Shown: in pieces, positions 49,942 through 61,079 of the stretch | How the letters are laid out: each line of letters begins with the position of its first letter | Position numbering within the stretch: the stretch's first letter is position 1 | Translations under genes and position numbers: made by a program | The notes under the pieces: model-generated | Databases searched by the model: none | What the model saw: only the letters and a program-made list of their open reading frames with translations | Told to the model about the DNA's origin: nothing | Assembly (NCBI RefSeq): GCF_001194135.2 | Contig: NC_068988.1 | Coordinates: forward strand, 81,512,455 to 81,576,454 | Reading direction: 5' to 3' | Length of the DNA: 64,000 nucleotides | From: Octopus bimaculoides | Taxonomy: Eukaryota

Positions 49942-50709
49942 ATATATATATATATATATATNNNNNNNNNNNNNNNNNNNNNNNNNNNNNNNNNNNNNNN
50001 NNNNNNNNNNNNNNNNNNNNNNNNNNNNNNNNNNNNNNNNNNNNNNNNNNNNNNNNNNNNNNNNNNNNNNNNNNNNNNNNNNNNNNNNNNNNNNNNNNNN
50101 NNNNNNNNNNNNNNNNNNNNNNNNNNNNNNNNNNNNNNNNNNNNNNNNNNNNNNNNNNNNNNNNNNNNNNNNNNNNNNNNNNNNNNNNNNNNNNNNNNNN
50201 NNNNNNNNNNNNNNNNNNNNNNNNNNNNNNNNNNNNNNNNNNNNNNNNNNNNNNNNNNNNNNNNNNNNNNNNNNNNNNNNNNNNNNNNNNNNNNNNNNNN
50301 NNNNNNNNNNNNNNNNNNNNNNNNNNNNNNNNNNNNNNNNNNNNNNNNNNNNNNNNNNNNNNNNNNNNNNNNNNNNNNNNNNNNNNNNNNNNNNNNNNNN
50401 NNNNNNNNNNNNNNNNNNNNNNNNNNNNNNNNNNNNNNNNNNNNNNNNNNNNNNNNNNNNNNNNNNNNNNNNNNNNNNNNNNNNNNNNNNNNNNNNNNNN
50501 NNNNNNNNNNNNNNNNNNNNNNNNNNNNNNNNNNNNNNNNNNNNNNNNNNNNNNNNNNNNNNNNNNNNNNNNNNNNNNNNNNNNNNNNNNNNNNNNNNNN
50601 NNNNNNNNNNNNNNNNNNNNNNNNNNNNNNNNNNNNNNNNNNNNNNNNNNNNNNNNNNNNNNNNNNNNNNNNNNNNNNNNNNNNNNNNNNNNNTATATAT
50701 ATATATATG

Positions 50710-50929
50710 ACTGAGAGTGTTGTAAATAAGAACTAAATGCTCTAATGCTGCTGTCAAAGCACATGGTTGTACACATACATGCTGACAGAGACCATAAATG
50801 CCTGACTGCTGCTTTTTGGGCGTTTACGGTCCCTGTCAGCAAGTATGTATACAATTATATGTTTTGACTGCAGTATTAGGGCATTTAGCTCTTATTTCTA
50901 GCAATGAAGGTATTTACAACACCCTCAGT
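50710..50929. mobile_element. Fully palindromic (foldback) MITE
   Basis: Arm 50710-50802 mirrors 50819-50929 (actgagRgtgttgtaaata..ctaaatgc.ctaat.ctgc..gctgacag.gacc.taaa.gcc); 18-bp indel; TA-like flanks. Confidence 0.8.
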
Positions 50930-51949
50930 TATATTTAATGATGGTTATAATTCCCTTTGTTGGTACATATTTACTTACTGCTGCCTAAATAAATTATATA
51001 TATATAGAATGTAAATAAGTCACAAGGATGTTCAGGTGTCAATACAGTACAACCATTTTAAATGGCTCCATTTAATTGATCAATGAAAACATTACATCAA
51101 TTTGAAAGAAACCGCTCTCTTCAGAGTAGATTTCAAACATAAAGGATAAAATGGAGCTGCTTGAAATGGCTGTAATGTATTGACACGTGTACATCCTTGT
51201 TACTTATTTACATACTGTTCACCTAACTTGGAGCTGTGCAGACTATACCGTACTGGCAAAGTGCCTCAATTTAAGTACCTAATTCAACTGAATCTTAATT
51301 ATATACACATACACACACACACACACATACACACACACACACACATATATATATATACACACACACACACACATAAATATATATATGTATATGTGTGTGT
51401 ATATATATATATGTGTGTGTGTGTGTGTATATATATATATGTATATATATGTATGTGAAACAGCTGTGATATTTCGTTCTTTGACTGAAGAGCAAAATTC
51501 AGCTGTGAATATTCGATGTATCATATCGTCTAATTTCCAGTTCGTTTAGTTTTCATCTACTTTCCCATTTACTCTGCCTTCATCTAACTTTTCTACTTGT
51601 ATTCTTTCAGTTCAACCCTTGATACATACATACCGATATATATATATATATATAGTCAGCTAAATAAACAAACAAAAAAATTAATAATGCCAGACAACAA
51701 GATGATGCGCACAAGGAATGTCTCAGAAAAAGAGAAAGGTTTTAATGTTTCTAATATAGCTCTTCGTTGGAAAAGAGAAAGGGAAATGTTCAAAGAAAGA
51801 AAAGAAATCGCCAACAGCACATAGATATATAACAAATGATAGAGACAGGAAATGGAATATACAAGAAACTTTATTGCTGTGAGCAATAAAGTTTCTCATA
51901 TATTCCATTTTCCATCTCTATCATTTGTTATATACTGAGGAATTCCTGA

Positions 51950-52370
51950 GGTAGATCCAGTGACAATTGTGTAAATACTGTAGATGACATAAGGTAGCCT
52001 TAAGCAGTGAATATGTTTCACCAGCCAACTACTATATGACAGATTCTCTTGTCATGAACAACAAATGAGGGTTCAGTAAAATAAAACATCAATCATGCAC
52101 ATGAATGTGTCTCTTGAGGCCTGCTGGTGCCTTGCAAACTTTTTGGTAAATGGAACAAGTTGAGGAGTCAGATTGCTTGTGTACTTGTGGATCATTAGCT
52201 ATGTGTTTTCTTGAGTGGACAGCAAGGCCTGCTTTGCTTCGTGCTATAAAACCACGATGGTAGGTAAGGTTTCCATTTAGAGGAACAGCGTTTTGCCAGC
52301 ATGCCTTCATCCTTGCATGAAGTTAATCCTGATGTTGGAATTGACTTTGCTCAAATATATATATATCGTC
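51950..52370 (-). mobile_element. LINE ORF2 C-terminal C2H2 remnant
   Basis: SKAGLAVHSRKH and CSIYQKVCKAPAGLKRHIHVH (two decayed C2H2 fingers); no splice sites. Confidence 0.5.
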
Positions 52371-52458
52371 TGTCTGGATGTTTTGCTGTCCCTTTTTTGT
52401 GTCACCTAGCTGTCTGGATGTTTTGCATTCTTCTCCCATTTTGTATCTTATATATATA

Positions 52459-54240
52459 CTAGCAGTATAACCCGACCTTGTCCGGGTGTAACTTATTACG
52501 CCATCTACGATAAGTCTTGCTAGGTGAAAGTCAACTAAAAAAGAAAGCCTTGCAATGAAAAAACCCTTATGATGTAAATATGTTCATAATTCAAAAGACG
52601 ATATTAATAGGGAAAGTCTGAAGGTTGTTTTGTGTAACATTATTAAGTGTACGTAAATTTCATCCGTCTAATTGGCTATACAAATGCTTGTGCAAAACAA
52701 CTTTTTGCGCTGCCTTGATTATACATAGCAGGGTAATTCCTTTTCGCAGGAGGTAGGACAGCAATTTCTGATGAAGCAATTGCTGGCGATCTGTTGCTAC
52801 ACAGTTCTGCCAGAATTCTATCAGATTGGGCAGTAGATGATGATGCACCGTTTTGCATTATGTTCAAAGCAGCTTCTGGAATGTAGTGAATTGCTGCAGT
52901 CTGTTGCTGTCTTTTTAAACCGGTTGCTTTCCTTCCCCAGCAAGATCTCTTGTTTGGAGGCATAATCTATATACATGTTAAACAGAACAACAAAAGTAGT
53001 TTTCACATTTCGGTAATTTTTCAGATTAACACCCGCACGATTACGTAACCCTAACCCTAAAACCGTAACCGTAAGACTAACCCTAATCGTAACCCTAAAA
53101 CCGTAACCCTGACCACAAAACCGTAACCCTAACACCCTAGTGAAAATCGTGCGGGTGTTAATCTGAATAATAATAATAATGACCTCTGCAGATCAAACTC
53201 CCAACCCACAACTAAGTCTTAAGTGTATATATATATGGGCAACACACACACACACACTAAATAAAAAAGATGTTAGTAAGTAAAAGTGTTTTAAAAAAGA
53301 TTGTTAAATTTTCAGATTAACACCGGCACGATTTTCACTACAGGGTTAAGGTTAGGGTTTGTTAGGGTTAGTTAGGTAATGATGCAGGTGTTAATCTCAA
53401 GATTTACGAAAAGATTTAAAAAAGAACTCACAGTTTGTAGGGAATAAATGTTTGTTGATCGTATTTGAAAAAGATGTCTCGCTGGTGAAGGACGGTGTTA
53501 GAAATGGAAAGTAAACTTACAATTGCCGCCAATTAGAATGAGGTCATTGGNNNNNNNNNNNNNNNNNNNNNNNNNNNNNNNNNNNNNNNNNNNNNNNNNN
53601 NNNNNNNNNNNNNNNNNNNNNNNNNNNNNNNNNNNNNNNNNNNNNNNNNNNNNNNNNNNNNNNNNNNNNNNNNNNNNNNNNNNNNNNNNNNNNNNNNNNN
53701 NNNNNNNNNNNNNNNNNNNNNNNNNNNNNNNNNNNNNNNNNNNNNNNNNNNNNNNNNNNNNNNNNNNNNNNNNNNNNNNNNNNNNNNNNNNNNNNNNNNN
53801 NNNNNNNNNNNNNNNNNNNNNNNNNNNNNNNNNNNNNNNNNNNNNNNNNNNNNNNNNNNNNNNNNTAATTGTTTCAGTTTTGATACTGAAATAGTTTTCT
53901 TTTACTGTCAGTGTTTCTCCTTCCTTTCTTTTTGTATTTGTTGCTGGATTGTTCGTAAAAGTTCATAAGAGAAAGTAGGAGTTGAAAGGATTTGTATTAG
54001 AAAGAGGAACTTAGATTTTATTAGGGAGAAAATGTTTACTTCTGTAGTTTTATGGATTTTATTCATTATTAGGAAATTTTTGGAGTGAAAAAATGACGCA
54101 GTGACCTAACAAATTGTATTTAGAATATTAATTGCGATTGTTTAATCCAAGAAATTTGGAATTGTGTAAATGTATGAATTTTAAACATACACACACACAC
54201 ACACACACACACAGAGAAAATCTGCCTTTTATAGTATAGA
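52459..54240 (-). mobile_element. Non-autonomous Helitron (spans gap 53551-53865)
   Basis: Minus strand: A|TCTATACTATAAAAGGCAG 5' end at 54240; 3' subterminal hairpin acccggacaaggtcgggt then CTAG|T at 52462-52459. Internal MPPNKRSCWGRK.. resembles a RepHel N-terminus. Confidence 0.72.
53020..53400. repeat. Two oppositely oriented telomere-like (CCCTAA/TTAGGG) cassettes framed by inverted repeats
   Basis: Perfect 23-bp IR ttcagattaacacccgcacgatt (53020-53042 / 53145-53167) around ccctaa/ccgtaa repeats; inverted shorter copy at 53311-53400. Confidence 0.85.
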
Positions 54241-54299
54241 TATATATAACAACAACAATCCATGGATGGAATTTATATATATTTTAATGCATCACTATG

Positions 54300-54824
54300 T
54301 GCATTTCCACAACCTTTACTTCATGAAATTGAGGAGATAAAGAGTATGTCTATCTAGGGTACACAGTGAATATGTGCTGAGATATGGATACTGAAATCTG
54401 AAAGAGAATAAGGGCAGGATGGAAGACATTTAGCTCATTAAAGGATACACTCAAATCAAAAGTAAACAATGCCATACATGCCAGAATCTTCAATAACACT
54501 CTCCTACCTGTACTCTTATATGCAAGTGAGACGCAGGCTAATACGAGGAGGCTAGAACACTGACTGGCTATGATGCAAAGGGCCATGGAAAGACTCATGT
54601 GAGAAATATCATTACAAGAGCATACTTGAAATGAGACACTTCAAGAATGGAGCGGAGTGAACAATATGATCACAGAATAACGAAAGCAGTTGCCAAGTGG
54701 TATCCAAGAGATTGCAAGAGGCTACTTGGAAGGCCTACATGACGATGGGAAAACAGTTTACTTAAGTGATTTTGCTCAAGATGGAAAAGAATGGCGCAAT
54801 CAAAACAAAATTGGAAAAACATTG
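54300..54824 (+). mobile_element. RTE-1-like LINE 3' fragment (second RTE family), target of the Gypsy insertion
   Basis: YLG..KRIRAGWKTF..LPVLLYASET..MQRAMER..WYPRDCKR..GRP; continues after 59145 (DQQCT, cf. VQQW). Confidence 0.75.
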
Positions 54825-55068
54825 TGTGATAGTTGCATTGGGTTACTGATTTGGGTATCCTGATATATATATATATATATAGAACTCTCATGCAACCATG
54901 TGGAAATCATGAGATGGGAGATGAATGAGCTGGCAGCAATAAAAGGGGCGATACTGCTATGCATGGGGAGGATGATTCTAGGAACTGTACAGCATGGCTC
55001 TCGGAAGTGAGCAGTGTAACTTGTAGTTATGAATATTCAATATATTTTCTAATGAATGAAACACAACA
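54825..55068 (+). repeat. 5' LTR
   Basis: tgtgatagttgcattggg...gaaacacaaca; about 18 substitutions (mostly transitions) in about 183 bp against the 3' LTR, counted by eye. Confidence 0.92.
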
Positions 55069-55070
55069 AA

Positions 55071-55088
55071 TGGTGATGAGGATGAGAT
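55071..55088 (+). promoter_or_regulatory. Primer-binding site, complementary to the tRNA-Ser(GCT) 3' end
   Basis: tggtgatgaggatgagat versus expected tggcgacgaggatgggat (15 of 18; two differences are CpG decay); lies 2 nt after the LTR. Confidence 0.8.
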
Positions 55089-58000
55089 CTAGAAGACATT
55101 TAAACTTCAACAACTCGGAAGATGCAGTTCAAAGCAAAAACTGAATGCAACAATAAAGATGTCAAAAAGAAGCCAACATTTCTTTCTACCTGTGAAGTTG
55201 AAGTCATAATGAAGTTAAGAAATGTTCTTTTCCCAGTAAGTCTTCAGAATGCAACATACCAACAAATAATAAATGTGTTACAACAGCTAATAAAGTCAAA
55301 GGAGAGACTGTTAATTGCAAACAGATTAAAATTATTGGAACTAAAGCAACTAGAAGATGAGTCAATCAGCAACTTTCTTCTTAGGATTAATTCTCAAGCT
55401 TTCTTCTTTCATTTGAATAAGTTGAAAGAAAATCCAGAAGAAGAAATCATGAAACTCATTTTTATCAAAAGATTGTCATCAGTAGAGAGAAAGTTAAACA
55501 TTTTGGATCAGCTATGGTGTCATTCTAAAATGAATTATACTGAAATAGTTGCTCTTGCATCCACCATAGAATCGGAAACACTGTTAGTGAGTAGTTGACA
55601 AGCAATAACAAACTTTAATGTCAACAAGAAAACCCGCAGTTGTGATGTTGTAGTGAAATGTCGAAATTGTGGGCATACATAGAAAGATTGTATGTGTCCA
55701 GCATATAAGAAACATTGTAAAAAGTGCAGCAAATTAGGGCATTTTGTAAGATTTTGCCGATCTAAAATGATCGCCATGTGGACAACATAAATGTATCTCC
55801 AAGCGAGACTGGATCTGTCAACAGTTTGTTGCTAAACATGAACAACAATGAAAGTGCAGACAACGTAAGTTTTTGCAAGTGTTTTATAAATGACAGAAGC
55901 ATAGATATGAAAGTGGATACTGGGGCAGCTTGTTCGATAGTCCCATTAACATTGGCTTCACAGTTAGGTGTCCCATTTGAATCATGCCACAATAAATTAA
56001 CCTTTGATGCTTCAAATCTAAAGGTTGATGGATCAGTCCAAGTGACATTTAAACTCAATAACACTGATGAGTCATGTAAATTTATTGTGGTAGACAGCCC
56101 ATACTCATTTGGGCTGATTGGAAAAGATATTATTAAAGACAGTTCATTCTGTTTCAATTTAAACATAGATGTGTTCCCAAAGGTTAAAGGTTTTGTGGTT
56201 TGAGTTAATTGCTCCGATGTAAGATATAGCGTGATGAATTCAGCGAGACATGCTCCAGTACATTTGGCAAAAGAAGTGAAAGATGAGTTAAAGAGGTTAG
56301 AAATGATGGGTATCATCATACCGTTAGATTACTCTGGAGTCAGATGTACCTCACCTGTGGTATGGCTGAGATTTTAGATGGATCTCTTTGCATGTGTTGA
56401 TTACAAGGCTTATTTAAATGCACATATTGGCACCTATTCTTTTCCTATACCATCAATTGACACTATCTTCTCCAGTTTGTCAGGTGTGAAATTTTTCTCC
56501 ACTCTCGATTTAAAGCATGCGTATTGGCAAATAACTTTAGCAGAGGAAGCAAGGCAGATTTGCACTATTAATACAAACAATGATCTCTACCTGGTTAACA
56601 GACTTCAAATAGGCCTTAAGAATTTGAGTGGCATATTTCAGAACTGTATGGAAACTCTACTAAAAAGGATCAAAGGAGTCAGGGTATACCAGGATGATAT
56701 CCTCATCTATGCTAGTAGCGAAGCAAAACTGACGAGCAGAGAAAATGCAGTAGTTGCAAGGCTAACCGAGGTGCAGTTCTCCATTAACATAGAAAAGTCA
56801 TTCTCCAGAAGAAGAAATTTGACTTTCATGGGAATGAACATATCTGAAGAGGGTATTTCTCTATCTCAGAAGTTGGCAGCAAAATTAAAGAACATACAAA
56901 GTACCAAAGTTGAAGGAAGATATTGACAAAATGTTGGGTCTAACAAATTACTGCAGATCTGTCCCGGCGTATGCTGTAAAAGTAGAACCACTCTTATCAG
57001 CTAGATCTAAAGAATTTAAGTGGGGTAAAGAACAAGATAAGGCCTTCTGTATGCTTATCACTCAGCTTTTGCAGGCTCCAGTTTTGCAACCATACTCAAT
57101 GGAGAAGATGAGCACTCTCACTGTAGATACATTCTTGATTACAGTAGCTGGGGTGTTATCCCATGAAGGACACCTAGCAGCATTCATAAGCCGCACCTTT
57201 AGCCATGCACAACGAAATTGGTCAAACATTGAGAGAGAGATTTATGCTGCATAGATAGACTGCAGCATTTCTTTCTAGGAAAGCAATTTTATTTGCAAAC
57301 AGATCACCGGCCTTTAAGATCCTGTTTATGAAGGATTTAAATGTATCTCGACATGCTTTTCAAAAAAATAGCCAGGTGGAGTTTGATTCTATCACAGTAC
57401 GATTTTGTCATTAAGCATGTTCCAGGTAAAAGTATTTTGCACATCATCAACCTCTCTAGATTGAGGTATAAGGAGACTAATGATGGTGTTATAATTTTCT
57501 TTGCTTCGCATTAGACAAATGTAACAGTGCATGGCAGGACATCTGTCCTGTTATGATGGAAGGCATCAGAAATAGATGAGGATGTAACACACAAAACCAT
57601 GTTTGACAATGTTGCATCCAAGGCAAAATATGTGATACATGTCAGAAAGATTGCTAACAAGGATTGAAGCATTCATGTGTCTAAATTGGTCAACTAAGGC
57701 AGTAAAAAGCAAACTGCTTGAGGTCTTTACTTAGTTTGGTGTACCCACAACAGACCTGAATTTATTGCATGAAAGAATATGTTGTCGTCAATGGGTTGCA
57801 GAAAAATTGAGACACCTGCTAACAGTCAGGCATCTAATAGCATTGCAGAAAGGGCCATACAAACTGTGAAGGCTGCACTGAAGTATTTTGATTGGAAGAC
57901 AGGGAATTTTGGCAACTACTTGAACAAAATTCTGCTCAACCACTGGAGTGCCTTGGGTGGTTGTAAATTACAACTGGCTGAAAAGTTAGTGAAAAATCCA

Positions 58001-58505
58001 TTGAGGGTTGCTGTAAACCCATTCTTTGAAATAGGTGAAAATGTAATACATAAAACCATGTTCGACAATGTTGCATTCAAGGCAAAATATGTGATACATG
58101 CTGGAAATAATACTGCATAGATTAAGGAGGGTTGCTCACAGCATTCAGTGGCAGTTGAGCAACTGGCCCTACTAAACACATGGGAACCAGAACCAGAATT
58201 GCGCACAACACCTGGCACAGTGGTTTACAGTGAGTTTGCAAAGATTCCCAACAGTGATGGTGTGACCATATCAAGTCCCCAGGCTAGGTGTGACACCAAC
58301 ACTTGGAGTTATAGAAGTGAAGCACCCTATTATTGAAAATGCTAGACATTGAAGATTAAACAGGAAAATTTTGTCAAGTCCTCAACTGAGGCGAAGTGCA
58401 AGAATTGTGGCAGAATGTAAAATGCCAAACGTTTGAAGGATGAATAATGTGATAGTTGCATTGGGTTGCCTTATTTTGGTAACCGGATATATATATATAG
58501 ATATA

Positions 58506-58827
58506 CAGGGCAGGGAATCGTCAATTAGTAATAAAATTAATAATTAACAATTATGCCGGGTAGCTCAGTATGAAAAAACCTTTTCGGTAAAGCCATTTAT
58601 AATCATAAATATATAGGGATTAGCAGAAAACCTGCTTCTCCAACATACTGAGAATTCAGAAACAGCAGCCAAAGAACTACTGATTCTAAAAACTACAAAT
58701 TTTTCTCTAATTGATAGCGATATTGTTCTGTGTGTACCATGAATATCGCTATCAATTAGAGAAAAATTTGTAGTTTTAGAATCAGTAGTTCTTTGGCTGC
58801 TGTTTCTGAATTCTCAGTATGTTGGAG
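58506..58827. mobile_element. Palindromic TA-inserting MITE within the 3' LTR (right arm runs into gap)
   Basis: 58638-58724 and 58742-58827 are inverted copies differing by one homopolymer base, with a 17-bp spacer. Starts TA|caggg inside the LTR (TA)n tract. Confidence 0.78.
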
Positions 58828-59619
58828 NNNNNNNNNNNNNNNNNNNNNNNNNNNNNNNNNNNNNNNNNNNNNNNNNNNNNNNNNNNNNNNNNNNNNNNNN
58901 NNNNNNNNNNNNNNNNNNNNNNNNNNNNNNNNNNNNNNNNNNNNNNNNACTCTCAAGGAAAGTCTCGTGCAACCATGTGGAAATCATGAGATGAGAGATG
59001 AATGAGCTAGCAGCTATAAAAGGGGTGATACTGCTACGCATGGGGAAGATGATGCTAGGAATTGTACAACATGGCCCTCGGAAGTGAGCAGTGTAACTTG
59101 CAGTTATGAACATTCAGCATATTTTCCGATGAGTGAAACACAACATATTGTGACCAGCAGTGTACAGTAGCATTTGATGGTCTGGTCAATACTGTGATGT
59201 GTGTCTGTGTGTGCATGCGTGTGTGTGTGTGTGTGTGTGCTTGTGTGTGTGTGTGTTTGTGTGTGTGTGTCTGTGCATGTGTGTGTGTATGTGTGTGCAT
59301 GTGCATAATCCTATGTGTGTGTATTCATTTAACAATGTAAATATTTTTAACCAAGCCACTGTTAAAAACGTAATAAAGGCTAGATTTAAGAAAAAAGATA
59401 GCCATGCTAAGATGTAAGGGAGTTTTAAATAAACAAATCTTTTAAGTCTGTCATGATACAAAAATTATTATTATCTTAGTATTATGACTAAGAATTCATA
59501 GAATATTGTCTTATGATATTTTTGTAGATTATTTCTTTGAGAAATTTCTAGCAACATTTGTTAAGAAAATAACAGGACAGTATGAACATTCATACTGGCA
59601 GTATTTAAAATCCATCATA

Positions 59620-59740
59620 CTGATATGACACATGAACTTTAATATAATAACATGAAATATCAACTTTATCACACTAACATGAGATAACAACTTTATCATA
59701 CTAACATATCAATTTTAATACTAACATGGCATACCAGTTT
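59620..59740. repeat. Degenerate about 26-bp minisatellite
   Basis: Recurrent aactttatcaYactaacatga. Confidence 0.55.
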
Positions 59741-59909
59741 TTCATGCAAACTTGATTTAAAACTAATGTGACATATAAGCATTAATACCGAGGTGACATC
59801 TGGACTTTAATGCTCTCATGAGGTAAGAGAATAAGAGCTCTATGTTTTATCTTTTACTTATGTACATACATACTTACATACATACATACATGCATACATA
59901 TATGTATGT

Positions 59910-59954
<45 letters not shown>

Positions 59955-60349
59955 GATGAGAAGTATAAGATGTTGATTCAGATAATCGTACAGTGATCAC
60001 CATAAGCTCCTCTCATGAACTCAGCTATAAGTCAACATAACCATACTCATTAATTTGTGAATATACCATTGAATTGTATAATGATGAGTATATATATATT
60101 AATGCAAATATGTATGCATAATTTCTTGTGTACTGAAATTAATATTAGATAAAGAATGTTGCAAAATGGCTGCTATTCTATGCCAATCACTAGGTTAAAT
60201 AAACAAATATATATTCAACTCTCAAAAATCTCTTGTACTTTATGTTTACACACATATATATATATATAGTGGTACAACAAATTGATTAATTTAACATTAA
60301 CTGGTTGATTGCATGCTAACTACCTGATAAAATCTAATATAGATTTTAT

Positions 60350-60992
60350 CCTTAATTCTAAAATATATATATGGGAGGAGGAGAGTCTGCCAAAGGTTGA
60401 TATGCTGTGATTACGAAGACTTGGCAACTAAAGTGAGATTGCAGCCTTGGCCAATGCCAGTGTTGCATGTCCGGCCCATTTAAAAGTACCTCTGATGCGT
60501 CGGGTGATATGATATGCTTGAAAAGACCTGTTGAGTCAAGTAAAACCAAAATCATAGCTGTGGCCAGTGCCCCCTGAGTGGCTCCCATTCCAGTGACACA
60601 TAAAATGCATCATCCGAATATGGTTGATGCAAGTATCCCCTGACTGGCTCCTGTCCCGGTGACATGTAAAAAGCACCATCCGAACGTGCCCGATGCCAGT
60701 ATTCCCTGACTGGCTTCCATGCCAAGGGCACGTAAAAAGCACTATCCAAATGTGATTGATGCCTGGACCACCTGACTGGCTCCAGTGCCAGTGGCACATA
60801 AAAAGCACCCACTACACTCTCAGAGTGGTTGGCATTAGGAAGGGCATCCAGCTGTAGAAACATTGCCAGATCAGATTGGAACCTGGTGCAGCCGATGGCT
60901 CTCCAGACCTCAGTGAAACCGTCCAACCCATGCCAGCATGGAAAACAGACGTTAAACGATGATGATGATGATTATGATGATGATGATGATGA
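60350..60992 (+). mobile_element. RTE-like 3' tail, long-unit subtype, with four 66-bp tandem units
   Basis: Units start at 60563, 60629, 60695 and 60761, followed by the conserved cactacactctcagagtggttggcattaggaagggcatccagctgtagaaac..(GAT)n. Confidence 0.88.
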
Positions 60993-61002
60993 TATATATC
61001 TA

Positions 61003-61078
<76 letters not shown>

Positions 61079-61079
<1 letters not shown>

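Larger units (their letters stand above)
54825..59145 (+). mobile_element. Ty3/Gypsy (Mag-like) LTR retrotransposon, decayed provirus
   Basis: TG..CA LTRs at 54825-55068 and 58448-59145; 5-bp TSD cattg/tattg; gag double CCHC (CRNCGH..C, CKKCSKLGHFVRFC); protease VDTGA; RT YQDD; RNaseH LTVD..ISRTF..SNIERE; integrase SNSIAERAIQTVK. Confidence 0.95.
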
